From Camelus dromedarius (lineage: Eukaryota): a stretch of 64,000 bases of DNA. Both the position numbers and the translations under genes were made by a program. Shown piece by piece: positions 12,466 to 25,955 of this stretch. The notes beneath the pieces were generated by a model. That model was given only the letters and a program-made list of their open reading frames with translations, was not told where the DNA came from and ran no database searches. The stretch covers positions 100,318,001 to 100,382,000 of the forward strand of contig NC_087437.1 in the NCBI RefSeq assembly GCF_036321535.1, read 5' to 3'. Positions within the stretch are counted from its first letter, which is position 1; each line of letters opens with the position of its first letter.

Positions 12466-13516
12466 GTAATTAAGTGACACAGGAGTTGACTGATATGTAC
12501 CGAGTGTATTGTCTCTGAAGCCTTAGTTCTCCTAACCATCTGAAACATTTGCCTCTGAGAATTAAATGAAACACATTTGAAAGTTTTTACTTTCATTTTG
12601 AAGTGTGCAGATCCAACCCACCTCCCTTGTGTGTGCGCGCGCCCTTTCCCTCCACCACCAATTTTGGGCCCTACTTTAAGATCCACTGCAGAATGCTTAT
12701 CTCAAGACTGTCTACCTTCTTCCAATAAAGTACAGGGATGTAGTGTTCAAAAAAAATGAAGATTTTGTTTTTTTTTTTTAAAAAAAAAGACCTGATTGTA
12801 TCAAGTGACGTAGGTAGTTAATAAAAACTGTTGGTAATATGATTTTATTTTTCAAACATCCCAAACCAGTAGATCTTAACTGGAAGTACACATTGGATTA
12901 TAGAACTTGTAAACATAATATATACCAAAATAATACTGGAAATTGACATTTGGTGGGTCTGGGCATCAGAGGTAACTCAGATACATATCCTTTGTCAGTG
13001 CTTGATGTGAAAATTCTTAGGCCTAATTCCCAGTTTTTGCAAACTTCAATCTGCTAAATTTTCAGCTAAAGTCTTAGATGAGTAACTTTCAAAATAAAAA
13101 GGATATTTTATCTTGTTCTCTTTTCTTTGGTAGAAATACCTGTAGATGTTAGTGCTTTATCGACTATAAAGTGTTACATGACTGTAACCAGATTATCTTG
13201 ACCAGTGATACTAGAATATGGAAATATTTGAGGCTTGTTCTTCGTAAGACAACATTATGGAATCTTGCGCTTTTTGTACAAACCACATCTCGTGATGTGT
13301 GAAGATACACACTGTACATGATAAATTCTGGATGTGTACACTGCTCGCTGCATTGCACCCTCTTGTGCTTGCTTTTTGTGTGTCAGACACACTTTTATAT
13401 ACTTAATGCTTAAATAGAGGATCTTCCCTCAGCCCTTCCCACGACTCCTAGCTTACGTAATTGTAGGTTTTTAGAAACTTGTTCTTTGAACGTGTCCTGG
13501 GATCTCTGCTCTCCAG

Positions 13517-13781
13517 GGAAGACGTGCCGCCTCCAAAGAGCCGCACGTCCACGGCCAGAAGCTACATGGGCAGCAACCACTCATCCCTGGGATCCATGTC
13601 TCCTTCCAACATGGAGGGGTACTCCAAGACGCAGTATAACCAAGTACCGAGCGAAGACTTTGAACGCGCTCCTCAGAGTCCGACTCTCGCGCCTGCTAAG
13701 GTAGCTGCCCCTAATCTCAGCAGGATGGGGGCGGTGCCCGTGATGATCCCGGCACAGAGCAAGGATGGGTCCATAGTGTAG
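13517..13781 (+). CDS. CXADR: CXADR exon 7 coding part (cytoplasmic tail of CAR-Ex7, PDZ-binding GSIV*)
   Basis: Acceptor ctc[91 protein letters not shown]. Exons 3-7 total 888 nt, in frame. Confidence 0.98.
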
Positions 13782-14188
13782 AGCCTCCGTGTCCGCCGCC
13801 TGTGCTCCCCGCGTGTCTCCTTCTCCAAGTGTGAACACCTATTCTGTTTTAAATTTTGCTACCAGCCTCAAAATATATCCGAAAGAAGTCAAACAGAAAC
13901 TGAAGAACTACACTACAAAAAGTTTTGTTTGGTTATACTGAAATAGTAAAGGCATTAAAGTTCTAAGGACAAGTTCACTAAGTAAGAGCTTGATTTTTTA
14001 GGTTTCTGGATATCAATGCTTAAGTCAGATGTAGCACTTTGAATATGAAATCATAGGTGAAGAAATAAATGGTGAACTTACATGCACACTAAGTTGATAC
14101 TTGAATCATCTGAAAGTGGTACTTTATAATTTCTACTGTTATTTTTAGGTTGCCTTTTGCAATTAATTTATGACCCAGTAGTGGGCTT

Positions 14189-14205
14189 CCCCCCCCCCCC
14201 CCCCC
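14189..14205 (+). repeat. C17 homopolymer in CXADR 3'UTR
   Basis: Direct reading: 17 consecutive C. Confidence 0.9.
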
Positions 14206-17182
14206 AAATTGGTAAAGAAAGATTCATAGCAGAAATACTGAGACATTTATGTTTGTCCTTGTTTTTCCTTTGAAAACTCTAAACGTTTGAACTATGTCTA
14301 ATAAATAGAAAACACTACAGTGTTCTAGAAATCACTAGTTCCAAGTCATTCATAGACCTTGTGTATGAAATGACTTCTTAAGTATTTGGTTGATAGATTG
14401 TTGTGGGCACCAGGAACGTAGTAGCTCTTTTATATGCCACAATAAAGGAGCATATAGCAGATTCATTCAGAAAACTTGCTGTCAGCTGCACACGGCAGCG
14501 ACACTAGCAGTGCAGTGGTGAGGATGGGTTTTGTTGATGAGGGTTCCGATGCCTTGAAGCCCGCGGTAGCCTTCATAATGGTGACCTGCTATGTCAAAGA
14601 TGTGTCGTATTTTGCGGTTCCCAGCTAAACACTGGCCCTCTACTGTAGGTGATATTTTTGTAATAGGAAAAAAAGTATAACTCATTTATTATTTGACATT
14701 TATAGATTATCTTTAATTTCCTAATTATTGGTTCTAAATTTTAATGCCCCCGCCTTGTTCAGTGTGGTTTTTTTGTTTTGTTTTCGTGATGGTGTAGTAT
14801 ATTATATTAGAAATATAATCTTAAATTTACCCTCTTGAATGCAGTTCCTGGAGGATATTTTTCTTCCTAGACTTAGAATGATGAAATATACTTTTAAACT
14901 AGTAAGTGTCCTCTGTCAATTCTATATTTCAGACTTGGGAGGATGTACTGTTGCTATCGTATGGCCAACATGTCTTGTGTAGTTGCAGAAAATCAAGTTG
15001 AGCTTTGAAAAGTTTGTCTTAGTTTTGTGGAAGTGACTTAAAAAAAAAAAAAGGAAGAGAGAAATGAAAGGAAAAGGAGTAACAGGAATACTCCTAACCG
15101 CCAAATACGTTAAATACTGTTTTAGTACATGAAAGTGAATTAATTGTATTTCCCTTAAGACTGAGGGAGCGTGGATAGAGTAGAATGAGCCAACAGTTTC
15201 TTTATAGTACATAAGGTCGGCAATAAATTACTTCACTAGCACTAAAACCTTTTCCCTAGATTTTAGTAGGGAGCTGGTTTCTTTTCATCTCTTTGGGTGC
15301 TGTGGTGGTAAATGCTACATTATAAATTAATGTTGGCATGAATTTATGGCTAGGCAGAGTATTGTGTACACTTTTTAATGGTAAATTTAAGCTGAATGTG
15401 TCATGGATTAGTGTATAGTTTTACATATTTGGAAGGGTTTTTTAAATAGATTTTTAACATTACATACTATTGCTTTTATACATGTGTTTTCATTTTCATC
15501 TGTGCCTTTTGGGTAATTTAATTTTTATTATGAATTTCTGGTGCCTATGAGCTGGCTATCACCTGAAAGGTGCTTAGAGGTGAAGGTACTGTTGCTAACA
15601 ACACATCACTGTGATACCATCTGTCCTCCTCTCAGTCTTGCCTCCTCTTTTCTGTTCTTTTTGGCTGCAAGTTAACTGATTGTGTTACTCAAAGTTTTTA
15701 AAATTTCAACATCCCAACACTCTTTGACTGTGTTTCTGATTTTATAACAATAACTATTTTTGAATATCAGATATCTGGTCTGTTTTATATGAATACAATA
15801 TTTATAAGATATAAGGATAAATAACCGAGCACGAACACTAATGATAAGTTTTTGGTCCTCTTTATTCCCAGTTTTCATATAATGAAGATGATCAATCTAA
15901 GTAGAAGTTACTATAAAAAGTAGACATATGTAAGGCTTTTCCTTCCTTTAGACTTTGTAGTTCATAGTCTAGGATTTGGCTGTAAGTAAACTAGAATCTC
16001 TTCCAAAAACGCTTCCTGCTGGTTCAGGTCCAAGCCACCTACAGTCTGAGAAACAGGTTCATAAAAAGCGACTCTGTGACCTGAAGAGACCTTTTGGGTG
16101 TGGTTGGGTGTAGAGGACAGAATTCAGTTTAGGTGTACACCTCCAGCTACTCGCAATGTAAATTTCAGTTAATCCAAAAGTCAGATAGTACTGATAAATT
16201 CCCAAATAATTCTCGCTGATGGTTTCCATTGAACTAGAGATCAAATATTTGTTCTAGAATTATTATTGGCAGTCATCAAGCAATTCAACAAAAATTTTTA
16301 TTCAAGCATTTCCATCAGAGCCGAACGTGAGTCACGGATGGCACGCAAAGTGCTTCCGTTCCATTTTATACCTAGGAGACTTGACGCCATCTTTTTTGAG
16401 TTATGCAGGACAACTTGGAAAGAAATGATGCTGTAGAGAATGTAATTCTGTACTTTGAAAATGTAGATCACCAGTATTCTTTTTCTTATTGGCAATCTTA
16501 CCAATATTTCCCCGTTAGAAGGCCAAAACAAAAGAAAATCTTATTGATCATGTTGACCAGTTAATCCAGGCAGATAACTTCCTTTGCATTTGGCCTATCT
16601 GCCATGGAGTTGTTATAATGGAAACACAACCTGAGCGTGTCTTAGTGGGAAGATTAATTCAAGAAACACAGTTAAATTACTGGTATGTATAAATACCTGA
16701 TTTTTATCAAAAAGGTAATTTTTAAGATTGAGTTCTGGAAATTTGGAGCAAGTGAAGGGGCAGGGAAACATTTTGATTAAATATAAAGAACTCATTGCAT
16801 GAAGTTGGATGTCAAATTCTATAATGTATGGCTTCTTAAAATAACTATTCTCTGTCTTTTTGTGTGTGTGCAGCATGTAAATTGAAGTTATGTGAATGTT
16901 TAAAGTTTTTTTCTTAATCTCTTCATCTTCACAGTGTTTAGGGCTTTCAGATGCCTTATTCCAGTGTGAACAGAAAAAGTCCGTATTTTTTGTGGTTAAT
17001 GCTTTGATGTGTCATGTAAGGAGTAGTTTGTAGAAAATGTTGGCACAGTTTTAACTTTTTAGTGGCTTGTGACATTATATTATATATATATATGTACATA
17101 TATCTTTATAATATTTCTGTGTTTAGTAGTATGAATGTTCTGGGCAAGTTTTAATATTTTAAATGCCTTTGGATATTCTTGC

Positions 17183-17188
17183 AATAAA
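17183..17188 (+). terminator. Candidate distal poly(A) signal of CAR-Ex7 mRNA
   Basis: AATAAA followed by T/GT-rich sequence (tttttttttttacttgtttg at about 17210-17230). A TGTACATA Pumilio-type element lies upstream at 17093-17100. Confidence 0.55.
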
Positions 17189-18272
17189 GTCAACATGTTC
17201 AGCAGCTGGATTTTTTTTTTTACTTGTTTGACACTAAAATGGTCCATAACTGAGCACAAATTCTACTTATAAATGTTACAGAAGCAGGGAAGAATAATAA
17301 ATAAATTGGTGAACTGTGGTTCTGTGTATCTTATGGATGGTAACAGTATCAAATATTTGCTTCATTGGCTTCTTAGTAGTAATTAAAATCCAGTTTTACA
17401 AATTACACTGTTTTGTAATTTCAAAGTGTGGCGAACATCTATTGGGTTTGGTTTTGGTCCTGAACACCAAGAGTTCCAAGGAAGAACTCTGTGTTTTCTG
17501 CTTTATTTAACAGCACAACTGTTAAGAGAACCGTAATTCACTGATTCACTTATTCTCATTCCTGTGAATTTTTGTGATAGATTTGTACTACTGAGAAGTA
17601 TTTTGACACTTTACATACGCAAGTAGAGAACTGATAGTGTCAGTTTCAGGAAAAAAAATGATTTTTTGTATTTCAAGTTTCTGGCTTAAATATCCAATGG
17701 TGCAGATTTTGAGATTTGTTAAGAACACATTTTGGTTAAAAAAAAAAACTTGCTCTAGTTTTGTGAGCTTGTGTACTTTTAAAATAAAATCAAGAAAGCA
17801 GTTTTCTGCCTGATGGTGTGGCTTCATTGTGCCTTTAAAAAAAGTCTACTTCATAAAACTTCAATATGCTGTTCCTCCCTGCTTTCCTGGTCTTGAGTTT
17901 CCTTCCACTCCCCACCCCCTTTGCATCTTTTACTAAACAGAATAAACATCAAAACAATCACACACCAATGAAAACCTGTCAAACACATATACCGTAAATT
18001 TCCCCAGTCCTGTGCCTGTATTGTCAGTATGTAACATAATATATTTGGGGTTGAAACCTCCAAAGTTCTGTGATTTTACAATTTACAGTATAAACTCCAG
18101 GAGTTTTTCAGATGCATTAAAAACTATGCATGCATATATATACATATTAAATACACATACATCTACGTATATTTAAAGCTATTTTCGACTCTAAACATTG
18201 ATTTCAGAAAAAAACCAGGATGGGGTAGTAATGCTTTTGTAACAAGATATTTTGAGAAGTATTTTGTTTATC

Positions 18273-18510
18273 CTATAATTTCTCAACCTTGGCACTTTTT
18301 TACATTTTGGGGTGGGTAATTCTTGGTTGTGGGGGACCATCCTGTGCATCGCAGGATGTTTAGTGGCATCGCTGGCCTTTACCTACCGTGTGCCAGTGGC
18401 GGTCCCCCCGCCCCCCCAGATCCCCAGATGTGACAACCAAAAATATCTCCAGCACTGCCAAGTAGCCACTGGGGTGGGGGCCAAAATCGCCCCCCAGTTG
18501 AGAACCACTG
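18273..18510 (+). mobile_element. MER20 (hAT-Charlie)
   Basis: TTTCTCAACCTTGGCAC...GTGACAACCAAAAATATCTCCAG...CCCCCAGTTGAGAACCACTG. Confidence 0.85.
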
Positions 18511-19276
18511 GTTTATACTAATGCAGAGTTTTCTATTCAGAGATTAAAAGGAGAAAAGCTTTTGTAGGCTTTGGAGTCAAGACGTATCTGAATACCACTT
18601 GTAACTAGATGCTTTACTTATCTTCAATTTCCCAGTGCTCAAAATGGGGATGAAAATACCCACATTACAGGGAATGTTGGAAAGGTTTTAAAGAGAGACA
18701 ATTGATATCATGGTGAAAATTCTTTGCATTTCTACCTGGTACCTGGGATGCTGATAGTGATACAGGGATTTTCAAAGATTCATGATTACAGTAAAATATG
18801 CTCAGTGACACCACTAAGTACAATTTAATGCCTTTAATTTACATCATATTTTATTTTAACCTTATAGCTCTAAAGGCCAGATCATATTTCTGGTTAATTA
18901 CAAATACCAAATGGCAAAACTGATGAAATTGAGACAAAATTGAGTATAAAGTCATTTGTTAAATAAAAATGGTTGAGTTTTAAGTCTAAGGCACAAACAA
19001 ATGTAATTTCTAAATGCAGTAATGGCAATGGTGAGAGCAGGAAGCCAATTTTAGGAACTCAGCTTAATTTTTCTTGCTGGTATTTCTGAAGTATAAATCA
19101 AATGAGGTTTGTTAGAACACTTCTGTCGCTTAAATGATTTTTCTAAATTTGATAACTATTCATAGAAAAAAAGTCATACTAAGGTAACCACAGGAAGAAA
19201 ATAATTTCCCAAGTTAATGAAGAACCAATAAATTGCAGTCTAGTTAACCACAGACCAGGGCCTTGATCAGTATGCT

Positions 19277-19485
19277 TTTTTTTATTTTTTTAGTATTCTT
19301 TTTAATTGATGTATAGTCCGTTTACAATGTTCTGTCAGTTTCTGGTGTACAGAACAGTGCTTCGGTCGTATAGGAACATACATACGTTCATTTTCATATG
19401 CTTTTTTCACCATAAGTTACTACAGGATATTAGATATAGTTCCCTGTGCTGTGCTTGTTGTTTGTTGTATAAACTTGTTTATTTT
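19277..19485 (-). mobile_element. Lineage-specific L1 3'-end fragment with TSD
   Basis: Poly-T head, TTTACAATGTT...TTTCTGGTGTACAG motif shared with the copies at 30553, 42762 and 57779. AGTATGCT TSD at 19269-19276 and 19486-19493. Confidence 0.8.
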
Positions 19486-20845
19486 AGTATGCTGCCCGCT
19501 TCACTGCTGAGCTGTGGAGAGTGAGAGGTGGGAGAAGATCCGACCTAACACCTGACGTCCGTCCCAACCAAGTGCTAGAAGCCATCGTGACCTTGACTAG
19601 TCTTTCCCTGAGTCACTCTCTGTCCACAGTCCTAGTGGATTGCTTGCTTGCTTTAAAGTGTAAATATGATCATACTAAAAACCAGATCATCTTGACTTGG
19701 TGGAAGAGGTCTCTCATGACCATCACATCTCCCAGTGGTTTATTTTCCCCACACCTCTAGGTGCACCTTCGTGAGAGCCGTACTCCAAAGCCAAGTGGCC
19801 GTGGTTTCACAGCTTTGTGAACATGCACTTCCCTCAGCCAGAGAGCAGCCTCTCCTGTTGACCTGCCCAGTGCCTATTTGCCCTGCAGGGGTCAGTCCAA
19901 ACACTCTCCTTGAAAGCATTTTTCCTGTTCACACTGCTGCCCCACACTCAAGCTAAATTAGAGGTGTGTCTGGGCCCTCGACGTTGCCCATACGATACAG
20001 GTCTCACGACACAAAACCTTTTTCATTCTAGTTGTTTAACATGCTTACTATACCTCATTGATGAGTTTGAAGCTGGTTTATTCACCTGTATCCCCAGTTC
20101 CTAACTCTCACTTGTGTATTGTTCACTAAATGCCAAATGAATTTTTAGGAAAGAAACTGCGGGCCCTAGGAGCACGTATGCATTTATCAAGCCTGCGTCA
20201 TGTGTTCTGCAAGACAGCTGGTCTGGTTTCTTCCAAAAAGGCAGTTACCACAAGGGAAAGGGTGAGTGACTGTGGTGAGGGAAAATTCTGCACATGGCTT
20301 AAAAAGTTAACTAGCACAAATGAAGACTGACCGGACTCAATAGGAGCCAACACAAACACCAACCTCGTTGTCATGCAAACGTGGAGAGGGGAGGAAATAT
20401 TGAAAAATAAGTGTCTAAGACCCTCCTCAGAGATTCTGACTGAGTAGGTTTGGGGTGAGGTCAGTGGCTCTGTTTCTCTTTCAGGTGGTTTTGATAGTTC
20501 AAATTTGGGAAACAATTGTTCAGGAAATCCTGCTCAGATGACTGGTTTCCATGCTAAGTCATTAGTGGTAGAGTATATTTTCTTGGGCCTCACAAACTTC
20601 CAGAAATATTTGAATACACCTTTCATGAGGCCCAAAAACTTACATGCTCAGGTATCATTGCCTAATTTGAATATACTAATATTTCTTGATACCAGAATTT
20701 AGACATATCTACCGAGATAACCAACACACCGTTTCTTAGAAGATTTTAATTTAAAAAATGGGATTTTGTCAGTTGTTTCCAAGTCTTTCAAAATGATTAG
20801 TCTCCTGAAAAGAGTAGTCATTTACAATTAATTTCTGTGTGTCAT

Positions 20846-23241
20846 TGTGTTAGTTTGCTAGGGTTGCCATAAGAAAGCACCACAAATGGGGTGGCTTAAA
20901 CAACAGAAATTTGCTGTCGCACGGTTCTGGAGGCTAAAGGCCTGAGATCAAGGTGTTAGCAGGGTTGGTTGCATTTTTTTTGTTTGTTTTAAATTGAAGT
21001 ATAGGTAGCTGATTTATAGTATTAAATATTTCAAGTGTACAACATAGTGATTCAATATTTTTTATAGATTATATCTCATTTGAAGTTATTGCAAAGTATT
21101 AGCTCTATTTCCTGTGCTCTACGACATATCCTTGTAGCTTGTTTATTTTATACATAGTAGTTTGTACCTCTTAATCCCCTACTCCTATCTCCCCTGTCAC
21201 CTCTTCCCTTTCCCCACTGGTAACCACAAGTTTTTGGTTTTTTTTTTCTTTATCTGTGAGTCTCTTTCTGTTTTGCATATACATTCATTTGTATTATTTT
21301 TTGATTCCACATATAAGTGATATCTTACAGTATTTGTCTTTTTCTGACATATTTCACTAAGCATAATACTCTTTAGGTCCATCCACATTGCTACAATGAC
21401 AGAATTTCACTCTTTTAATGGATGAGTAATAGTTCATATTTATACACATACACACCCCACATCTTAATCCAATCATCTGTTGATGGGCACTTGGGTTGCT
21501 TCCATATCTTGGCTATTGAAAATAGTGCTGCTATGAACATTGGGGCACATGTATCTTTTCAAATTAGTGTTTTTATTTTCTCTGGACGTATACCCAGGAG
21601 TAGAATTGCTGGCTTATATAGTAATTCTGTTTTTAGTTTTTTGAGGAAACTCCTTACCATTTTCCATAGTGGCTGCACCAGTTTACATTCCCATCAACTG
21701 TGCATTAGGGTTCCCTTTTCTCTACATCCTCACCAACATTGTTACTTGTAGACTTTTTGATGATAGCCATTCTGACTGGTGTGAGATGATATTGTGGTTT
21801 TTGATTTGCATTACTGATGATTAATTATGAGCATCTTTTCATGTGCCTATTAGCTATCTGTATGTCCCCTTTGAAAAAAAATGTCTATTCAGGTCTTCTG
21901 CCCATTTTTTAATCAGGTTGTTTGTCTTTTTGCTACTGAGTTGTAAGAGCTCTCTTATTTATATATTTTGAATATTAACCCCTTATCCATCTTACCATTT
22001 ATAAATTTTTTCTCCCATTCAGTAGGATGTCTTTTTGTTCTGTTGGTGGTTTCCTTTGCTATGCAAAAGCTTTTAAGTTTAATTTGGTCCCATTCATTTA
22101 CTTTTGCATTTGTTTCCTTTGCCTTAGGAAATAGATCCAAGAAAATACTGCTACAATTTGTCAAGAGTGTTCTATGTTTTCTTCTAGTTTTGTTGTTTCT
22201 GGTCTTGTATTTAAGTTTTTAATCCATTTTGAGTTTGTTTTTGTATATGGTGTGAAAAAATGTTCTAATTTTAGTCTTTTACCTGTAGCTGTCCAGTTTT
22301 CCCAGCACCACTTACTGAAGAAACTGTCTTTTCTCCATTGTATATTCTCCTTTGTTGTAGATTGACCATAAATGTGTGGGCTTATTTCTGGGCTCTCTAT
22401 CCTGCTCCATTGGTCAATATGTCTCTTTTTGTGCCAGTACCATGCTGATTACTGTAGCTTTGTACTATAGTCTGAAGCCAGGGAGTATGATACCTTCAGC
22501 TTTGTTCTTTTTTTTTTTTTTTTCAAGATTGCTTTGGCTATTGGGATCTTTTGTGGTTCTATGTAAATTTTAGGATTATTTTTCTAGTTCTTTGAAAAAT
22601 GTTCTGGTATTTTGATAGGGATTGTATTGAGTCAGCAGATTGCTGTGGTTAGTATGGACATTTTAAAAAATATTCTTCTAATCCATGAACATGGGATATA
22701 CTTCTATTTATTTGTATTGTTTTCAGTTTCCTTCATCAGTGTCTTACAGTATTTCAGAGTACAGGTCTTTCATTCCTCAGATTTATTCCTAGGTATTTTA
22801 TTCTTTTTGATTCAGTTGTAAATGGAAATTTTTTGTGTGAATTCTCTTTGTGATAGTTTATTGTTAGTGTATAGAAAAGCAACAGATTTCTGTACATTAA
22901 TCTTGTATCCTGCACCTTTACTGAATTCGTTTTTTAGTTCTGTTCGGAGGGGGTTGGTTTCTTAGAGTTGTGAGGGAAGTCCTCTCTGCTTGGCTTGTTG
23001 ATGACTGACTTTTCTCTGTGTCACTTCACGTCACCATCCTTCTGTGTTGTCTGGCTCTGTGTCCTACTTTTCCCTTTTTATAAGGACACCAGTCCTGTTG
23101 GATTAGGGCCCACCCTGATCATCTCATTTTAACTAATTCTATCTTCAACAACCTTGTTTTGAAATAAGGTTGCATTCTCAGGTCCTGGGGATTAGAATTA
23201 CAACATAGGAATTTTGGGGCACACAATTCAATCTATTAACA
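20846..23241. mobile_element. MLT1 (ERVL-MaLR) LTR split by an L1 insertion
   Basis: Left part TGTGTTAGTTTGCTAGGGTTGCCATAA...GGCTTAAACAACAGAAATT. Right part resumes at about 22951 with ATAAGGACACCAGTC...GATTAGGGCCCACCCT and ends ACAATTCAATCTATTAACA. Confidence 0.8.
20971..22950 (-). mobile_element. 5'-truncated L1 (about 2 kb, decayed ORF2 3' part + 3'UTR)
   Basis: Poly-T head. Minus-strand ORF2-like peptides ([15 protein letters not shown]..., WMDLKSIMLSEI...). GGGTTGGTT TSD at 20962-20970 and 22951-22959. Confidence 0.9.
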
Positions 23242-23456
23242 GTGACAATGATTGGGAATTATGACAAAGGCCTAATAAAATAGTGAACGTTGGTGTGAAA
23301 TACATGCACAGAGAGTTTCCTTAATTGTTAGTGGTATAATAAAAATATCAGCACCTAAGTAACTATGCCAACATAGTTATTTCATGGGTCTCAGTCTCTG
23401 TAATCCTCAGCCCCAGAAGAATATTTATTTCAAATATGGAGTGACCATAATACACT

Positions 23457-23577
23457 TTTTTTGGTGGGGTGTAATTAGGTTTACTTATTTATTTTTGGAG
23501 GATGTACTGGGGATTGAACCCAGGACCTTGTGTATGCTAAGTATGCGCTCTACCACTTGAGCTGTACCCTCCCCCCG
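23457..23577 (-). mobile_element. tRNA-derived SINE (Vic-1-like, camelid)
   Basis: Minus strand GGGGAGGGTACAGCTCAAGTGGTAGAGCGCATACTTAGCATACACAAGGTCCTGGGTTCAATCCCCAG + AAACCTAATTAC tail. TAATACACT TSD at 23448-23456 and 23578-23586. Confidence 0.85.
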
Positions 23578-24628
23578 TAATACACTATTAACTTCACATC
23601 TGCTCGTCAAGTGAAAAAGTAGTTGAGGAAATGCTACGAATTGTCTTTTCTTATGAATCTTGCTGGCAAGATGAAACTATTTTTCCAGGGAAACAGTTTT
23701 TCAAGTTCTGTATTCTACATTTTTATAAGATAATTTTTGTGAAATAGTGTTTTTTAAATATTTTAAGTAGATAATGCACATGATAGAGAGTGAAATGTAA
23801 ATCACCCTTTCACTCATGTTTCTCAGTTTCTGTCCCGAATTCCCTTCAAGAGACATAACTTAAAATTTTTTTGAATAGGTCATCTATTCATGGGGAACAA
23901 AATTCATAAGATACAAATATATAATGAGAAGTATGATCAATTTCTTATTTATCCTTCTATAAATGCTTTACACATATATAGGCAATTGTATGTGTGTATT
24001 TTTTCAGTTTATCCTGAATACTTATTTTCAAAAGTTAGTAAGTTGGCCATGGGGTGTGAAGGGATGTTAGGTTTTTGGTTTTTTTTTTTTTTAAATTGAA
24101 GTATAGCTGGTTTACAATGTTGTGTAACTTTCAGGTGTACAGCAAAGTGATTCAGTTATATATGGATGTTAGGTTTCTGACTAGAGCAACTGAGTGGAAC
24201 CTTAAGACATTGAGTCTTGTTTCTATTAGAATCTGTGGAGGATGTTAGTAGGTAGGTGAATCATGAACCCAGACCTAAACAGTAAACTCAAGGCTGGAGA
24301 TAAAAATTTGACCATCAGAAGCATGAGGATAGATTTTAAAGACAAAAGAATAGACCATGACAAAGAGAAGTAAAGGTGGAGATTGGAGCCCTGTTTCCTT
24401 GCATGTTTGAAAGTTAAGCTAAGGAGTTCAGTTTTGAACATGTTGAGTTTGATAAGTTTATTGTATACATAAATGGAGATGTTGAGTAGATACATGGATA
24501 TATGCATGTACAGTGTGAGGGCTGAGCATGAAAACACTGGAGACTATGAAGTAAGTGATGTTGATAAAGTTGAGTGGCGAACCAAATCAGACACTTCACT
24601 TAAATAGGAAGAAAATGAAAGAGGGAAA

Positions 24629-24630
<2 letters not shown>

Positions 24631-24661
<31 letters not shown>
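24631..24661. repeat. (TG)15 microsatellite
   Basis: Direct reading. Confidence 0.9.
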
Positions 24662-24665
<4 letters not shown>

Positions 24666-24979
24666 GGGTTGACACTGTGGAAGTCCAGTGTTGCCAGCCA
24701 GTAGAGAGCATATTCTTGGAAACTTTGGAAAAACTGACCCCCTTCTGTTGCTGTTCCTGTTGAGAAGTCTTTTCTGGTATTTTGAAGAGTTTCTGTTCCT
24801 CAAATTTGGATTTTTATTTTTTAGGGGATTGCTGCTTTGGGAGGAGGGGAAAATACCCATCAAGGATCCATTGCTTGAACATATTTTATTTTGGTATTAA
24901 ATGCAATCAGTTTAAAAGTGTGTGTGTGTGTGTGGGGGGTGCCCTTCATCAGTACTTAAGACAGGATGATACTCTAACA

Positions 24980-25150
24980 TGAGTTTGGGAGACGGTTTGC
25001 CTGGTTCTAGCTGGATGACCTTAGACGAACCATTTAACCTCTCTCCTCCTTTTTCTTAACAGTAAAATGAGGGTAATGGAACCTACTTCGTGGCATTGTT
25101 CTGGGACTGATAAGTCGGTACATGTGCAGCACACAGGCTGGCCCGTGCCC
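24980..25150 (+). mobile_element. MIR SINE (other likely MIR remnants at about 4750, 5040, 18560, 29370, 40660, 46800, 48620)
   Basis: MIR core-like GGATGACCTTAGAC...CATTTAACCTCTC...AGTAAAATGAGGGTAATGGAACCTACTTC. Confidence 0.6.
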
Positions 25151-25913
25151 GTGCTCTGTAAGCACTGGCTGCTGTCATCAGCATCGCTGCTGTTGTATTG
25201 TAATAGTAATATTTACCTTGTATCTTATAGGATTGGGTGAATGTATCCTGGTTTTCTCAAGACAGTTCTGCCTTATGGCTGTTATTTCACTGTAATTACA
25301 AATGGCAGTTAATCTTTTGCTCTAGAAAGTGTCTCAAATTGGCAGTAAGATCTGTGGTTACCCTGCCTTTGGGGTTTATAGAGTAGTTTGGCAGTGGTCT
25401 CAGTGAGGTGGTACTCAGCATGAAGAAAGGAAATGGCGGTACCCACTTTCTCTGTCACTGTTCAATCAAAAGCAGCACCAATATATGTACGTATAATTAA
25501 ATTTCCTTCATGTTTAGATTATCCCTAAAAGTTTAGAACAGGCACCAGTACATGATGATGTGTGGGATTGTTCTATGTGTCATGCAGAAATACTTACCAG
25601 TAATGAAAGTAGTGACCATCTCTATAAGCCAAAATACATTTAACTCATTGCATCTTCTAAATTTGATTTCATCTGACTTGATGGTGCAATATTTTGGGGG
25701 GGGAAAAACCTGTTTCCTTGTTAAGACAGCATTGTAACAATAGTAAATTTTAAAATATTTCATTCAAATGATACTGCTACCAAAAACCTTTCTGTTCTGT
25801 CTCTTCTAGTATATTTAAGTATACATGTATTTCTAAAGTGAAGGTCCTCTAGTCCTTTTTTTTCCTACGTGATGTTGTATCATACTTGTACGTGTCTTAC
25901 CTGTTGTTAGAAG

Positions 25914-25918
25914 TATAT

Positions 25919-25955
<37 letters not shown>

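Larger units (their letters stand above)
13782..17210 (+). other. CXADR: CXADR exon-7 long AU-rich 3'UTR (3' end approximate)
   Basis: Follows the TAG. No recognisable interspersed repeats until about 18.3 kb. Several AATAAA hexamers (e.g. 14441, 15222, 17183). Confidence 0.65.

Noticed and set aside
13581..13838. 85-aa antisense ORF over CXADR exon 7
   Set aside because: Shadow ORF of a GC-rich coding exon with a non-ATG start.
21197..22821. Cluster of 60-109 aa ORFs
   Set aside because: Fragments of a decayed L1 ORF2/3'UTR and its antisense strand.
25552..25676. C/D-box snoRNA-like ATGATGA ... CTGA
   Set aside because: No terminal stem and no recognisable guide; expected by chance.
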